Assembly: GCF_037042905.1 (NCBI RefSeq)
Contig: NC_087252.1
Coordinates: 1,180,001 to 1,244,000 of the forward strand
DNA: 64,000 nucleotides
Source: Lytechinus pictus
Taxonomy: Eukaryota
Direction: 5' to 3'
Within the stretch, counting starts at the first letter, position 1. Each line of letters starts with the position of its first letter. The notes under the pieces are model-generated. The model searched no databases, was not told the origin of the DNA, and was given only the letters and a program-made list of their open reading frames with translations. The translations under genes were made by a program, and so were the position numbers. This document shows, piece after piece, positions 27,211 to 38,879 of this stretch.

Positions 27211-27744
27211 CCCGATACTCCCCTTCTAGCATACCGACGCCCACCGAATCTCAGGGACCTCATTGTTCGTGCTGAAGTGCCCTCCCTCACTAACCATTCT
27301 TCTCCCATACAGCATGGCACCTTCAAATGCACCAGCAACAGGTGCATCATATGTGAAATACACCTTCACGAGGGCGATACTTTCACCAGCAACTCTACCA
27401 GCCTGTCTCACCAAATCAAGGGCAACATCACATGCACTACCACTAATGTTGTATATCTCATCACTTGCAGAGTTTGTAGGGTACAATACATAGGGGAAAC
27501 CAAGACCACACTCAAGAAACGATTCTACGGGCACAGATCCACCGTCAACACAGCAAAGCTGGACACTCCAGTTGGCCGCCATTTTAACCTCCCCAACCAC
27601 TCCATCACTGACATGATGCTACAGGGCATCGAATCTTTAGGTACCCGTCCTGACTCAGTCCGTACTAGCAGGGAGAAGCTCTGGATGAGACGACTTCGCA
27701 CCACCCAACCTCATGGCCTGAACATCCAAGAGGGGAACGACTGA
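27211..27744 (+). CDS. C-terminal part of Penelope pol: linker, Zn knuckle, GIY-YIG endonuclease (no true start codon)
   Basis: Frame extends upstream of the track ORF as PDTPLLAYRRPPNLRDLIVRAEV, then CTSNRCIIC, VVYLITCRVCRVQYIGET, RFYGHR, PVGRHFN..H, REKLW, PHGLN. No internal stops. Confidence 0.9.
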   Translation, partial: PDTPLLAYRRPPNLRDLIVRAEVPSLTNHSSPIQHGTFKCTSNRCIICEIHLHEGDTFTSNSTSLSHQIKGNITCTTTNVVYLITCRVCRVQYIGETKTTLKKRFYGHRSTVNTAKLDTPVGRHFNLPNHSITDMMLQGIESLGTRPDSVRTSREKLWMRRLRTTQPHGLNIQEGND

Positions 27745-28657
27745 TTTTTCTTTCCTATCCACTTTCAATTTATATATACATATAATTTTTCCCCTCAGCT
27801 CTTTTGAATAGTTACATTATAGTTTCTTACTCTACTTTCCTCCCATATCTCATACAAGCTCAGCTCCAATTTTTCCTTCCTTATTCAGGCGATATAATAA
27901 TAATTATATATATATATATATATATTTGTTTTTTCTCCACTCACCTCTTTTAGATTTACCACATTTGCTTATTTACATGTATACTATGGTTTCTTCATAA
28001 TACACCCCCTCTCTTCTATATTTGCTTTTACCTTTTTAGGCAATTTGCTTCCTCTTTTTCACATATACAGAATTTTTTTTCTTTCCTACTATATAGTCTT
28101 ATGTTTTTTCCCGTCACACCTAGCGGATTACCATATCAGTTACACCATATGTGTATATATTTATATATTTTTTCATATACATTTCTTTTTTGGATATATT
28201 TATATACATATCACTTATAGATACATATTTACACTTACCTTCTTCTCTTAGTTTGTTTAATGCTTTATCATATATACTTATATGTCTTTTGCACATTATC
28301 AGTTGTTCCCCATTCTTTTTCTTCTTTTTCCCCCCCACTCTTATGCACCAGTTTATTAAGCCTTTCTTTGTAACCTGTTTGACCCACCTCTCACTAATTC
28401 TCTAGTTATTCATCCCTCTATCACTGTTTTGTTCCAGATCCTGTTTGATGTTGCCTGCCTCATTATCTTAATCCCTCTTGGCCTTACTTACACTAACTTC
28501 CCTTTGTGTCTGCCTACTCCTTTTCTTTCATCCCCTTCACTAACCTGATTGGTCTTCTCTACTCACTAATGCCCCTTTTGTCTCCTTGTTTCTAGTGTTG
28601 CTGTAGCTTGTTTGTGGTCTATATTATGGTTGTTCCACTTTATATGTTTGTCATTTT

Positions 28658-28696
28658 GCCTCCGACGAAGATTCTGCTAGGATCGAAAGCTTAGGC
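28658..28696 (+). ncRNA. Minimal type I hammerhead ribozyme-like motif, variant core
   Basis: Stem I GCCT/AGGC, core CCGACGA plus an extra A, stem II GATTCT-gct-AGGATC, GAAA, palindromic stem III AAGCTT. Located at the 3' end of a Penelope element, where such motifs are known. Confidence 0.7.
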
Positions 28697-30887
28697 CCCT
28701 TTTTGACTTTAGACTTATTTTATCACAAATTTGGATGTGAAATTAGGTGCTGATAATTTAATTTATTCCTTTCAGCTTGTAGGACACATTTGGCTCCCCA
28801 TAATAATCATAATTTTGAACCACAGTTTAAGCTCGACCTGGGTACAGAATACGTACTAAAAACTTACACACTATACTAACGTATTTCTAGCTAGGAATGT
28901 AGAAGAATTAACTTTGACGAAAATCCGTTAAAGATAAAGAAAGTTATAAGAATTTTAAGTTATGGATTTGTAACGTCATAAACAAGCAGCTGCCAAAAAA
29001 CATTTGTCTATTGATATACAAAAAGCACAGTAAAAGCCATTTTCAATTTTCTGAGAAAATGAATTTTCATTGATTTTTTTTTACCATTCGGTATGTAGGA
29101 ATGCGGCTCGCGTATGACTTCATCCAATCCAAAACTTAAAATTATAATAACTTTCTTAATCTTTAACGGATTTTCCTCAAACCTTCGCCAATGTTTTATT
29201 TTTTTTTTTTGCTATTTTTACAACAACTTTTGTTCAGGTTAAACTTCCCCTTAATTTTTTTTGAAAACATGATAATAAGTTCCACGAATGACTTTAAGTA
29301 TTCCGAAGTACGACAGGCCTCATGTTGACATTTGTTATCGTGTATGATTTAATATGTCTATGTTTTGGAGCCACAAGCATGTACTAAAAAAACTGTATTG
29401 ACGAAGGCAGCGAATATAAAGTCAATTAATAATCATTAAATCTCAGTCTTATGATTACAATCATTTTTAATGTTTATTTCATTTTTCTTTTGTAATATTT
29501 TGTCGATATCCTATTGATGTTTTCCTCAGATATTGGTGATGTTGGGTAATTTTGTTTATATCTTGTTATGTTTGCCCATGAAAATGTAGGAATATATGCC
29601 TTAAACTGTTGTATCGTAAATTCAGTCAGTGTTTGAGTACTAATTTTCATCTGAGAGGTGACATAATTATTATCATCAATTTCCTATCAAAATACTGAAA
29701 AGGGTCTTTTAATAAAAACAAAAAGGTTAGCTTGCCTTCTAAGATGTAGTTGCAACTCCATGCTCTAGACTGTACCAAAATTATTGGAAGTCAACAATGT
29801 CAAAAGTTTTTTCTTGTCAAATTACTGAGATCCTTTTCACGTTTTATTGGTAAAGAACTGTTGTTTATGTAATTCTACCAGATTTATTTTATCACAAATT
29901 TGGATGTGAAATTAGGTGCTGATAATTTAATTTATTCCTTTCAGCTTGTAGGACACATTTGGCTCCCCATAATAATCATAAATTTGAACCACAGTTTAAG
30001 CTTGACCTGGGTACAGAAAATGGACTAAAAACTTACACACTACTGACGTATTTCTAGCTAGGAATGTAGAAGAATTAACTTTGACGAAAATAAAGATAAA
30101 GAAAGTTATAAAAATTTTAAGTTTTGGATTTGTAACTTCATTAACAAGCAGCTGCCAAAAAACATTTGTCTATTGATGTACAAAAAGCACAGTAAAAGCC
30201 ATTTTCAATTTTCTGAGAAAATGAATTTTCATTGATTTTTTCCATTCGGTATATAGGAATGCTGCTCGCATATGAGTTCATCCAATCCAAAACTTAAAAT
30301 TCGAATAACTTTCTTAATCTTTAACGGATTTTCCTCAAACCTTCGCCAATGTTTTATTATTTTTTCTGCTATTTTTACAACAACTTTTGTTCAGGTTAAA
30401 CTTCCCCTTAAATTTTTTTGAAAACATGATGATAAGTTCCACGAATGACTTTAAGTATTCCAAAGTACGACAGGCTTTATTTTGAGATTTTATTATCGTT
30501 TATGATTTTATATCTATGTTTTGGAGCCACACGCATGTACTAAAAAAATGTATTGACGAAGACAGCGAATATAAAGTCAATCAATAATCATTACATCTCA
30601 GTTTTATGATTACAATCATTTTAATGTTTATTTCATTTTTCTTTTGTAATATTTTGTTGATGTCCCTTTGATATTTTCCACAGATATTGGTAATGTTGGG
30701 TAAATTTTTCGTATATCTTGTTATGTTTGCCCATGAAAAAAAAGTATAGGAATATATGTATCAAATTGTTGTACCGTAAATTCAGTCAGTGTTTGAGTGC
30801 TAATTTTCATCTGAAAGATGCCATAAATATTGTAATCATGGTAATCAATGTCATATAGTGTAGTAGGTTTCACAGTGCATCAATAAT

Positions 30888-33255
30888 CAGGGGCGGAAAT
30901 CTCTCGCAAAGGGTAGGGGGGACACAGGGGCGGATCCAGCCTTCGCCAATAGGGGGGACGGAAATTTGTTTCAGCCATATTTTCCCCGATCGGCAGCTCG
31001 AAGATGATTTTTGTTTGTTTCTTAGAAGGGGTAGTCCTCATAAGTCACTTCTGAGCTTCATTCTTATGAATTAATATACAATATCATAATCCTTATTTAT
31101 ATGGTGTGAGCGCGAAGCGCGAGCAAATTTTTTGGAAATTTTATGTATTTTTTCCTAAAATTTGAACTGATTCTGGGAAATGTTTTTATCCTGAAAAAGA
31201 TGTGTATCCAACTTAATAATTACCACGAACGCAAAGCGCGAGCATAAATGAACTGATGGAAAAGATACCTGTTAAATTAGCATTTAACAATCAAATAATG
31301 CGAGCGCGAAGCGCGAGCTGATTTTTTTTTACATTTTCACCTAAAGAATGGAAATTCTAAGCACTTTTTTGTAACTCAAGCAGAAAAGGTATAAAAATAA
31401 GCAATTAATGCGAGCGCGAAGCGCGAGCGGAAAATTTCGAGATTTAGTCCAATAATATTTACGAACGAGACACTCTATTCATGTTTTGTAAATCCTGAAA
31501 AGGATGAGTATCAATAATGCGAGCAGAAAATGTTTATATACGTTTTGAACTGGTACCTGTTGAAAAGGTACGTGGTAAGTACTGCTTGCACTTAGCCATG
31601 AAGGCGTTACATAATTCAACAATCTAAAAATGCGAGCGCGAAGCGCGAGCTGAAAAATTTTGAACTTTCTAAAGAAAGAATGGAAAATTTTAATCAGTTT
31701 TTGTAATCGTGAACAGGATAGCTATATAATATAACGATTGATGCGAGCGCGAAGCGCGAGCAGAAAAAAAAATCGAGATTTAGACCTAAAAATTGGCCAC
31801 TCTGTTCATGTTTTGTAAATCATCAAAAGGATGAGTAATATGGGGTCTTCCTACATTAATAATGCGAGCACAAAGCGCGAGCAGAAAATTTTAGATATTG
31901 TGATCGGAAACTGGATAATGATTTAAATTAGAGAACAAGTTGAGTATCTGAATAAACATGCGCGAGCGTGTTTCATATTTAGACCTAGAACCTAGGCATT
32001 TTAAATACAACTTTAATGATGAAAATCATGAAACTTTGATATTCCGATCTGAAAAAAGAGTCAATTTCAGCTTTATATTTCACGCACTTTGTAGAAAAAT
32101 TTTAAGGTGGATATGGATCGCACTTAACAATTATTATTACTTTGAGTTTTGACATAGGACCGGGACATCCTTACGACATGTCATCATATGAAAATGATGA
32201 CTATCTTCCTATTCCTCTTGTTAAGCGCGAGATGAAACAAAAGGGACAATTTAATTACTAAATTAATATATTTATTAATGCCTAATGAGGGCGCGAAATC
32301 TGATGATATCATGGCATAAAAACTGGACATTTCACTTTTGTGAGTATGAATAGGATGCATCAGTTAATATATTTTTAACCATTAATGCGAGCGCAAATCG
32401 CGAGCTAAAATTTTTGATAAACTGTCATGAAAGGGGATTTTAAGTATTTTGTTGTATAATCAATATTGAAACATTCATATCACTCGCCAATCAAAATGCG
32501 GGCCGCGCGCTAGCTGATACGTCTTGACAATCAGACCTGAAGAGGGATATTTTGAAAACTTTATGGAATACACGAAAATAATAGGTACCTGATAAATCAA
32601 AATTTGCGAGCGCGCAGTGCAAGCAGCAAATGTTAACATTCAGACCATAAAACTGACATTTTACAGAGCACTTTTTAAAAACCAATTTGTAAATTGCACA
32701 AAATAATGAAAGTTTGATTTCCGAGGTGAAATATGTTTTGTATATTGACTTCCAAACTTGATATTCGAACTCCATATTGAACAAGATATGTAAATCACCT
32801 AACAGGCAATGCGAGCGCGAAGCGCGATCGAAAATTTTATATAGTGGCACGAAAGATTCTTTTTATTTTCCAAGTCTTCCCCTCATCTGATTTTATGCAC
32901 TCGTCGTCCTTCTCTTCTTTTTCTCATTTCCCCTCCTTTTTTCCTTCTTTCTTTCCCTTTTTTTATTTTTTTGCTCCGCCAAGAGGGGGGGGGGGGGCGG
33001 GCCCCTCGGCCCCCTGGATCCGCCTATGGGGACAAGGGGCGGGAAAATTTGACAAGCAAAAAAAAAGGTTATCATCGCCAAAGTAAGGTCATCTCGTCCC
33101 AAAATACATGTTTTATTTCGATTAAGAATGATGTATTTCTTACCATCATATAAAAAGACCAAAATAGTAGGGGGGACATTTGATATTGTGTCCCCCCTAC
33201 TATTTTGAGTAGGGGGGACACGTCCCCCCTGTCCCCCCTGGGATTTCCGCCCATG
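30888..33255. mobile_element. hAT-like non-autonomous element with 8-bp TSD
   Basis: TIRs CAGGGGCGGAAATC and GATTTCCGCCCATG. Exact TSD TCAATAAT (30880-30887, 33256-33263). Empty site in the sister unit near 26990. Confidence 0.92.
30925..33028. mobile_element. Nested hAT-like element with degenerate internal ~110-120 bp repeats
   Basis: TIRs CAGGGGCGGATCCAG and CTGGATCCGCCTATG, GGGACA on both flanks, about ten copies of GCGAGCGCGAAGCGCGAGC or variants. Confidence 0.8.
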
Positions 33256-34661
33256 TCAATAATCAATGTCCTTTAAAAAAAACTGAAAAGGGTGTTTTAA
33301 TAAAAAACAAAAAAGTTAGCTTGCATTCTAAGCTGTAGTTGCAAATCCACGCTCTAGACTGTACCATAATTATTGGAAGCCAACAATGTCAAAAGTTTTT
33401 CTTGTCAAATTACTAAGACCCTTTTCATGTTTTAATGGTAAAGAACTGTTGTTTATGTAATTCTACCAGACTTATTTTATCACAAATTTGGATGTGAAAT
33501 TAGGTGCTGATAATTTAATTTATTCCTTTCAGCTTGTAGGACACATTTGGCTCCTCATAATAATCATAATTTTGAACCACAGTTTAAGCTCGACCTGGGT
33601 ACAGAATACGTACTAAAAACTTACACACTACTAACGTATTTCTAGCTAGGAATGTAGAAGAATTAACTTTGACGAAAATCCGTTAAAGATAAAGAAAGTT
33701 ATAAGAATTTTAAGTTATGGATTTGTAACGTCATAAACAAGCAGCTGCCAAAAAACATTTGTCTATTGATATACAAAAAGCACAGTAAAAGCCATTTTCA
33801 ATTTTCTGAGAAAATGAATTTTCATTGATTTTTTTTTTACCATTCGGTATGTAGGAATGCGGCTCGCGTATGACTTCATCCAATCCAAAACTTAAAATTA
33901 TAATAACTTTCTTAATCTTTAACGGATTTTCCTCAAACCTTCGCCAATGTTTTATTTTTTTTTTTTGCTATTTTTACAACAACTTTTGTTCAGGTTAAAC
34001 TTCCCCTTAATTTTTTTTGAAAACATGATAATAAGTTCCACGAATGACTTTAAGTATTCCGAAGTACGACAGGCCTCATGTTGACATTTGTTATCGTGTA
34101 TGATTTAATATGTCTATGTTTTGGAGCCACAAGCATGTACTAAAAAAACTGTATTGACGAAGGCAGCGAATATAAAGTCAATTAATAATCATTAAATCTC
34201 AGTCTTATGATTACAATCATTTTTAATGTTTATTTCATTTTTCTTTTGTAATATTTTGTCGATATCCTATTGATGTTTTCCTCAGATATTGGTAATGTTG
34301 GGTAATTTTTTCTTATATCTTGTTATGTTTGCCCATGAAAAAAATATAGGAATATATGTCTCAAATTAATGTACCGTAAATTCAGTCAGTGTTTGAATGC
34401 TAATTTTCATCTGAAAGATGCCATGAATATTGTAATCAATGTCATATAGTGTAGTAGGTTTCACGGTACACCGGTAATCCATGTCCTATCAAAAAAAACT
34501 GAAAAGGGTGTTCAAATGAAAACAAAAAAATTAGCTTGCTTTCTGAACTCTAGTTGCAAACCCATGCTCTTAGTCTGTGCCAAAATTATAGGAAGCCAAC
34601 AATGTCAAAAGTTTTTCTTGTCAATTTACTGAGACCCTTTCATGTTTTAATGGTGAAGAAC

Positions 34662-34842
34662 CAGGGACCTGGGAACGTTTTTACTGGGGTGCTGATGTAA
34701 ATTGTTGACAAGCAAAAAAATAAAGTGTAGGTCGTTTTTGTTACATTTCTCCATTTTGTCAAACCGTCCAGAATTTCAGGAGGTGCTGCCTATGGAGAAT
34801 AATACACGCAGCACCCCAACACTCCCGCTTCCCAAGCCCGTG
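34662..34842. mobile_element. hAT-like MITE in the last array unit
   Basis: Ends CAGGGACCTGGGAA and TTCCCAAGCCCGTG. Degenerate 8-bp TSD TGAAGAAC/TCAAGAAT. Unit sequence resumes after it. Confidence 0.7.
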
Positions 34843-37469
34843 TCAAGAATTACTGTTCTTTACGCAATTCTAACTACATTTTTTTTCACAAATTTGGATG
34901 TGAAAGGTGCTGATAATCTAATTGATTCCTTGACACATTTGGCTTCCAATAATAAGACCAGATGAATACGGAATATCTGGAGATCCCAGAGAAAACTTTA
35001 TTCAGTGTGCCTTATTGGTCTTTGGAGTGAAATGAGTTCTGATACGAAGCTGAAACCAACTGAATAACTTTTTGAATGATGCTATTCTAACCCTCCTTAA
35101 TCGCCTTCTCAAATTCAAATGATCGCAAACGAGTCTGAAGCTGATGTTTACCTGGTATCTTTATGATTCTATTCAGTCCTTAATCCCTCTATTTTCAATA
35201 AAGAATAAGGATACGTTTGATTTAAATAGCTTGGTCGTTATCTGTCGCGTGAATAAACGCTTTACAATTATATCTTGGCAACATCTCTTGTTCCGATTGG
35301 GCACTTTGGTATCGATCAGTAATATCGATTAGGGAAGGAGTTGACAGTTGGCAATGCGCACGTTTACTCCACAGGAGAATGAGATTTAATTAAACTTTCC
35401 TTCTGAAAATAAAAACAGCGTGGTTATACTGAAAGCAAAAATGGACATCCGTATTTTAACGCCAAATATCATCTTTGAGTAAGGGTATAACATTAAGACT
35501 CATCCCATTGCAATTTTTTATTTATATGACTAAATACTATATAGTCTTGATTGGATGTTAGTAATTACATTTCCTAACCAGCCTTTTCTTCAGTCCATTT
35601 CACACGCTCATAATCATACCAAATCTAGCTCTGACAACTTATGATGAAAATATGTCTTGTAATAAATTGAAAGAGATATATAATAAATTTGAATTTGGAT
35701 TTCGAAAAAGGTATTAACCCCATGGCAGCCCAAAGCTAAATTGGGTGGAATTTACATCACATGATGATAATATAATACAACAAATAAATCAATAATATGC
35801 ATATAAAAATCGTAACATCTTCAAGTAATAACTTACGATTGGTGAAAGGAAGGAGAAAGAAAGAAATCCAGAAAAAGGAGATGAGATTGAGCAAATCTGT
35901 TTAAAGTTACTGGGACAAAATTCACGGAAAGTCATACTAAGTTAACTTGTTAATTTGATTCGGCTGTTTCATAACATGACGTATTTCAAATTAGTTTCAT
36001 ACTTTTTCTTTAACGATTTCTAATTTGACTTTACCTTTAAAGATACCTCCGCCAATATCGACGTATCAATCATCATCTTTCACTACATTGACAATGACCT
36101 TTGACCTCTTACATGGTCGCCCAGGTGGTAATATCAGAAAGGGAGAAATTCATGAAATATTAACATTTGATGACAGACATTTATTGACATTCGAAGATTC
36201 GAGTTTATTTTGCTTATAATAGAACCGCGCTACACCTTATTTTTCATTCCAAATACCGAGATCCAGTAAAATAATAAACCAGATACTGAGGTATTGTATA
36301 TCAGTTTGGGACTTTTAATAGAATGATTTATGTATAAAGAGATTCCCTCGCATGCACAAGTGTCTTAACTTTTTTTTTCTTTAAGTTAATGCCCATTTAG
36401 CTCTCTCTCTCTTTCTCTAAAAAAAAATAGATCTGAGCCACACTGTTAGAAAATTTATCCTTAAAATAAAAGAAGTTCCTGCAGCAGAGTCTCGAGAACA
36501 CCTGTAGTCTTAATACCAGATTGCGTAATCTTACATTATATCATTTAAAATTACAGGAAATTGGTATTTGGTGTATGAAACCTTACAAATTTCTTGTAAT
36601 AAAACACCCTTTTCCCCTTTTTAAACAGACCTGTTCTGTTAAATTGCAGAAAAATTCCTGTTTTATGAATTTACAGAATGATTCTGTTATTGCTTTCTGC
36701 AAAATCTTCCTTTTTCCTGTAAAATCAGGGGTTTGACAAAATATTGTTTGACAAAATCCTGATCATCTGCTGTGTGTTACATAATTATTAAAGACTTAAT
36801 GCTCCTCTTTAAAAAAATCCATGATTTTACAGCTTTCTACTGGCTTCTTAGTGTACGCCCTCTCTGGAAGAAAAATATATAATCCTTCAGTCCCATTTCC
36901 CCCACTGTCGCCCTTTTATCTGATTTTATTCAAACCCCATGTATGTCGCTGGTAAGAACGGCTATTTTCGACTCGCTGTACGGCGACCGTAGGGGAAATG
37001 TGACTGCGCCATTCATACATTAGAGAGAGAATCAGTAGTCGGGAAGCCAATGTTGTGTTATTCACTATTGAGAAACATATATTTTAATTGAAGTAAACAA
37101 CCATTTTCTTAGAACATGGGCCCGTATTCCATAAACGAGATAAGCATGCTTAAGTCAAAAATCTAAGCATTTTGTCTTATTTTCTGTCTAAGACAAAATT
37201 CTTAGCCAAAACGCGTATTCCATAAAGAATTGGCTAAGAATTTTGTCTTAGAATTTGGCTAAGAGGTTTTGCGCGACTAAGACAGATATAGGATGAATGG
37301 CTAAGTAACTTTTCTAAAAATTGCAGAGTCTGTATTTCATAAATACAACATGGCTAAGAATTTAGCCCTAACTTTAAGACAGGTGTGAGTTGTCTTAATT
37401 GCTTTAAGACAACCTGGTTTAAATCCAACAAATCATGGCCAATTTTTTTTTAGAATTTATACCTATATT

Positions 37470-38830
37470 GCATTTCGAGCTACTTCCTCAGTTTTTAACC
37501 GATTTTCATGAAATTTGGAACACACATTGGTCTTAAAGTAAGGAGGTGTGAGAAATTTTTTTTTTGCTTTTTCAGAAATTGTGTTGCCATGGTAACAGTA
37601 TATTATGGCCAAAATTTAAAATTTAAATTACTTCATCAGTTTTCTACCAATTCTCATGAAAGTTGGCTCACACATTGGATTTGAGGAAAAGATGTGCAAG
37701 ACACAATTTTGCATGTGTTGGAAATTGTGTTGCCATGGTAACAGTATATTATCTTGCTATTCCAACTACTTCCTCAGTTTTTAACCAATTCTCATGAAAT
37801 GTGGCACAAACATTAGTCTTGATGTGAAGATGTGCAAAACATATTTTATGCCTATATAAAAAAAAAATGCGTTGCCATGGTAACAACATATTAAATAACG
37901 AAAATTAGGTGAAAAATTTGTGGTTTTAACAAGTTTATAATATTTCAACCACTTCTCATGATGTTTGCCACAAACATAAGTCTTGAGGTAAAGATGTGCA
38001 AGACACATTTTCGCATGTGTCGGAAATTGTGTTGCCATGGTAACGGTATATTAGGGCAAAAATTATGTAAAAATCTTGCAGTTCCAACGACTTCTTCAGT
38101 TTTTAATCAATTCTCATGAAATGTGGCACAAACGTTAGTCTTGATTTGAAGATGTGCAAAGTATATTTTATGCCTCTATAAAAAATTGCGTTGCCATGGC
38201 AACAAATAAAATAACAAAAATTAGATGAAAATCTTGTGATTTGAATTACTTCATCAGTTTTCAACTGGTCAATTCTCCTAAAATGTTGGCGCACACAATA
38301 GTCTTGAGTTGAAGATGTCTAAGATATACTTTTGCCTGTATCAGATTCGGGTTGCTATGGTAACATATTATATAACGAAAATAAGGTGAAAATCTTGTAG
38401 TTCGAACTCCTTCATCTTTTTTCAACCAATGCTCATGAAATTTGGCACACACAATAGTCTTGAGTTGAAGATGTGCAAGACTATTTTTGCCTGTATCAGA
38501 AATCGTGTTGCCAAGGTAACAACATATTATATAAAGAAATTAGGTGAAAATCTTGTGGTTTGAATCCCTTTATCAGTTTTACCAATTCTTATAAAAGTTG
38601 GCTCACAAATTGATTTTGAGGTGTAGATCTGCAAGACATATATTGGAAAATGTGTTGCCATAATAACAGCATATCAGATCAATAAATGTGTAAACAGCAT
38701 GATGTGTATTGAACTACTTCTTCATTTTATGACATTGGCCTATATGTCCATGAAATGTAGGTTTTGAGCTAAAATAATCTGCAAGACACATTTTCTCATT
38801 CATCAAAATATGTGTTTGTATGATAACTAC
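37470..38830 (+). repeat. Degenerate ~140-160 bp tandem repeat, about 9 units
   Basis: Recurring ACTTC(C/A)TCAGTTTT...TCATGAAA..TGGCACA...AAGATGTGCAAGAC...GTTGCCATGGTAAC. Confidence 0.85.
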
Positions 38831-38879
38831 ATGTATACGCCAAAAAAAGATTAAGACAATGGTCAATGCTAACTTTTGT

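Larger units (their letters stand above)
27209..28710 (+). mobile_element. 5'-truncated Penelope-like retroelement (Neptune-like)
   Basis: GIY-YIG frame, ~1 kb pyrimidine-rich 3' region, terminal hammerhead-like motif. AGACTT on both flanks (27203-27208, 28711-28716). The sister unit shows the empty site CTACCAGACTTATTTT. Confidence 0.93.
13073..34955 (+). repeat. Tandem macrosatellite, 15 units of ~1165-1228 bp
   Basis: Unit starts (GAAAATCCGTT or GAAAATAAAG) at ~13073, 14298, 15467, 16635, 17808, 18973, 20201, 21420, 22586, 23813, 25033, 26197, 28919, 30086, 33674. Long and short types differ by a ~55-bp indel. The last unit decays near 34955. Confidence 0.97.

Noticed and set aside
27226..27600. 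124-aa minus-strand ORF
   Set aside because: Antisense shadow of the Penelope endonuclease frame.
13073..34955. Array as rDNA, 5S, snRNA or histone cluster, or as a CRISPR-like array
   Set aside because: No recognisable RNA gene or histone ORF in the unit, and no unique spacers.
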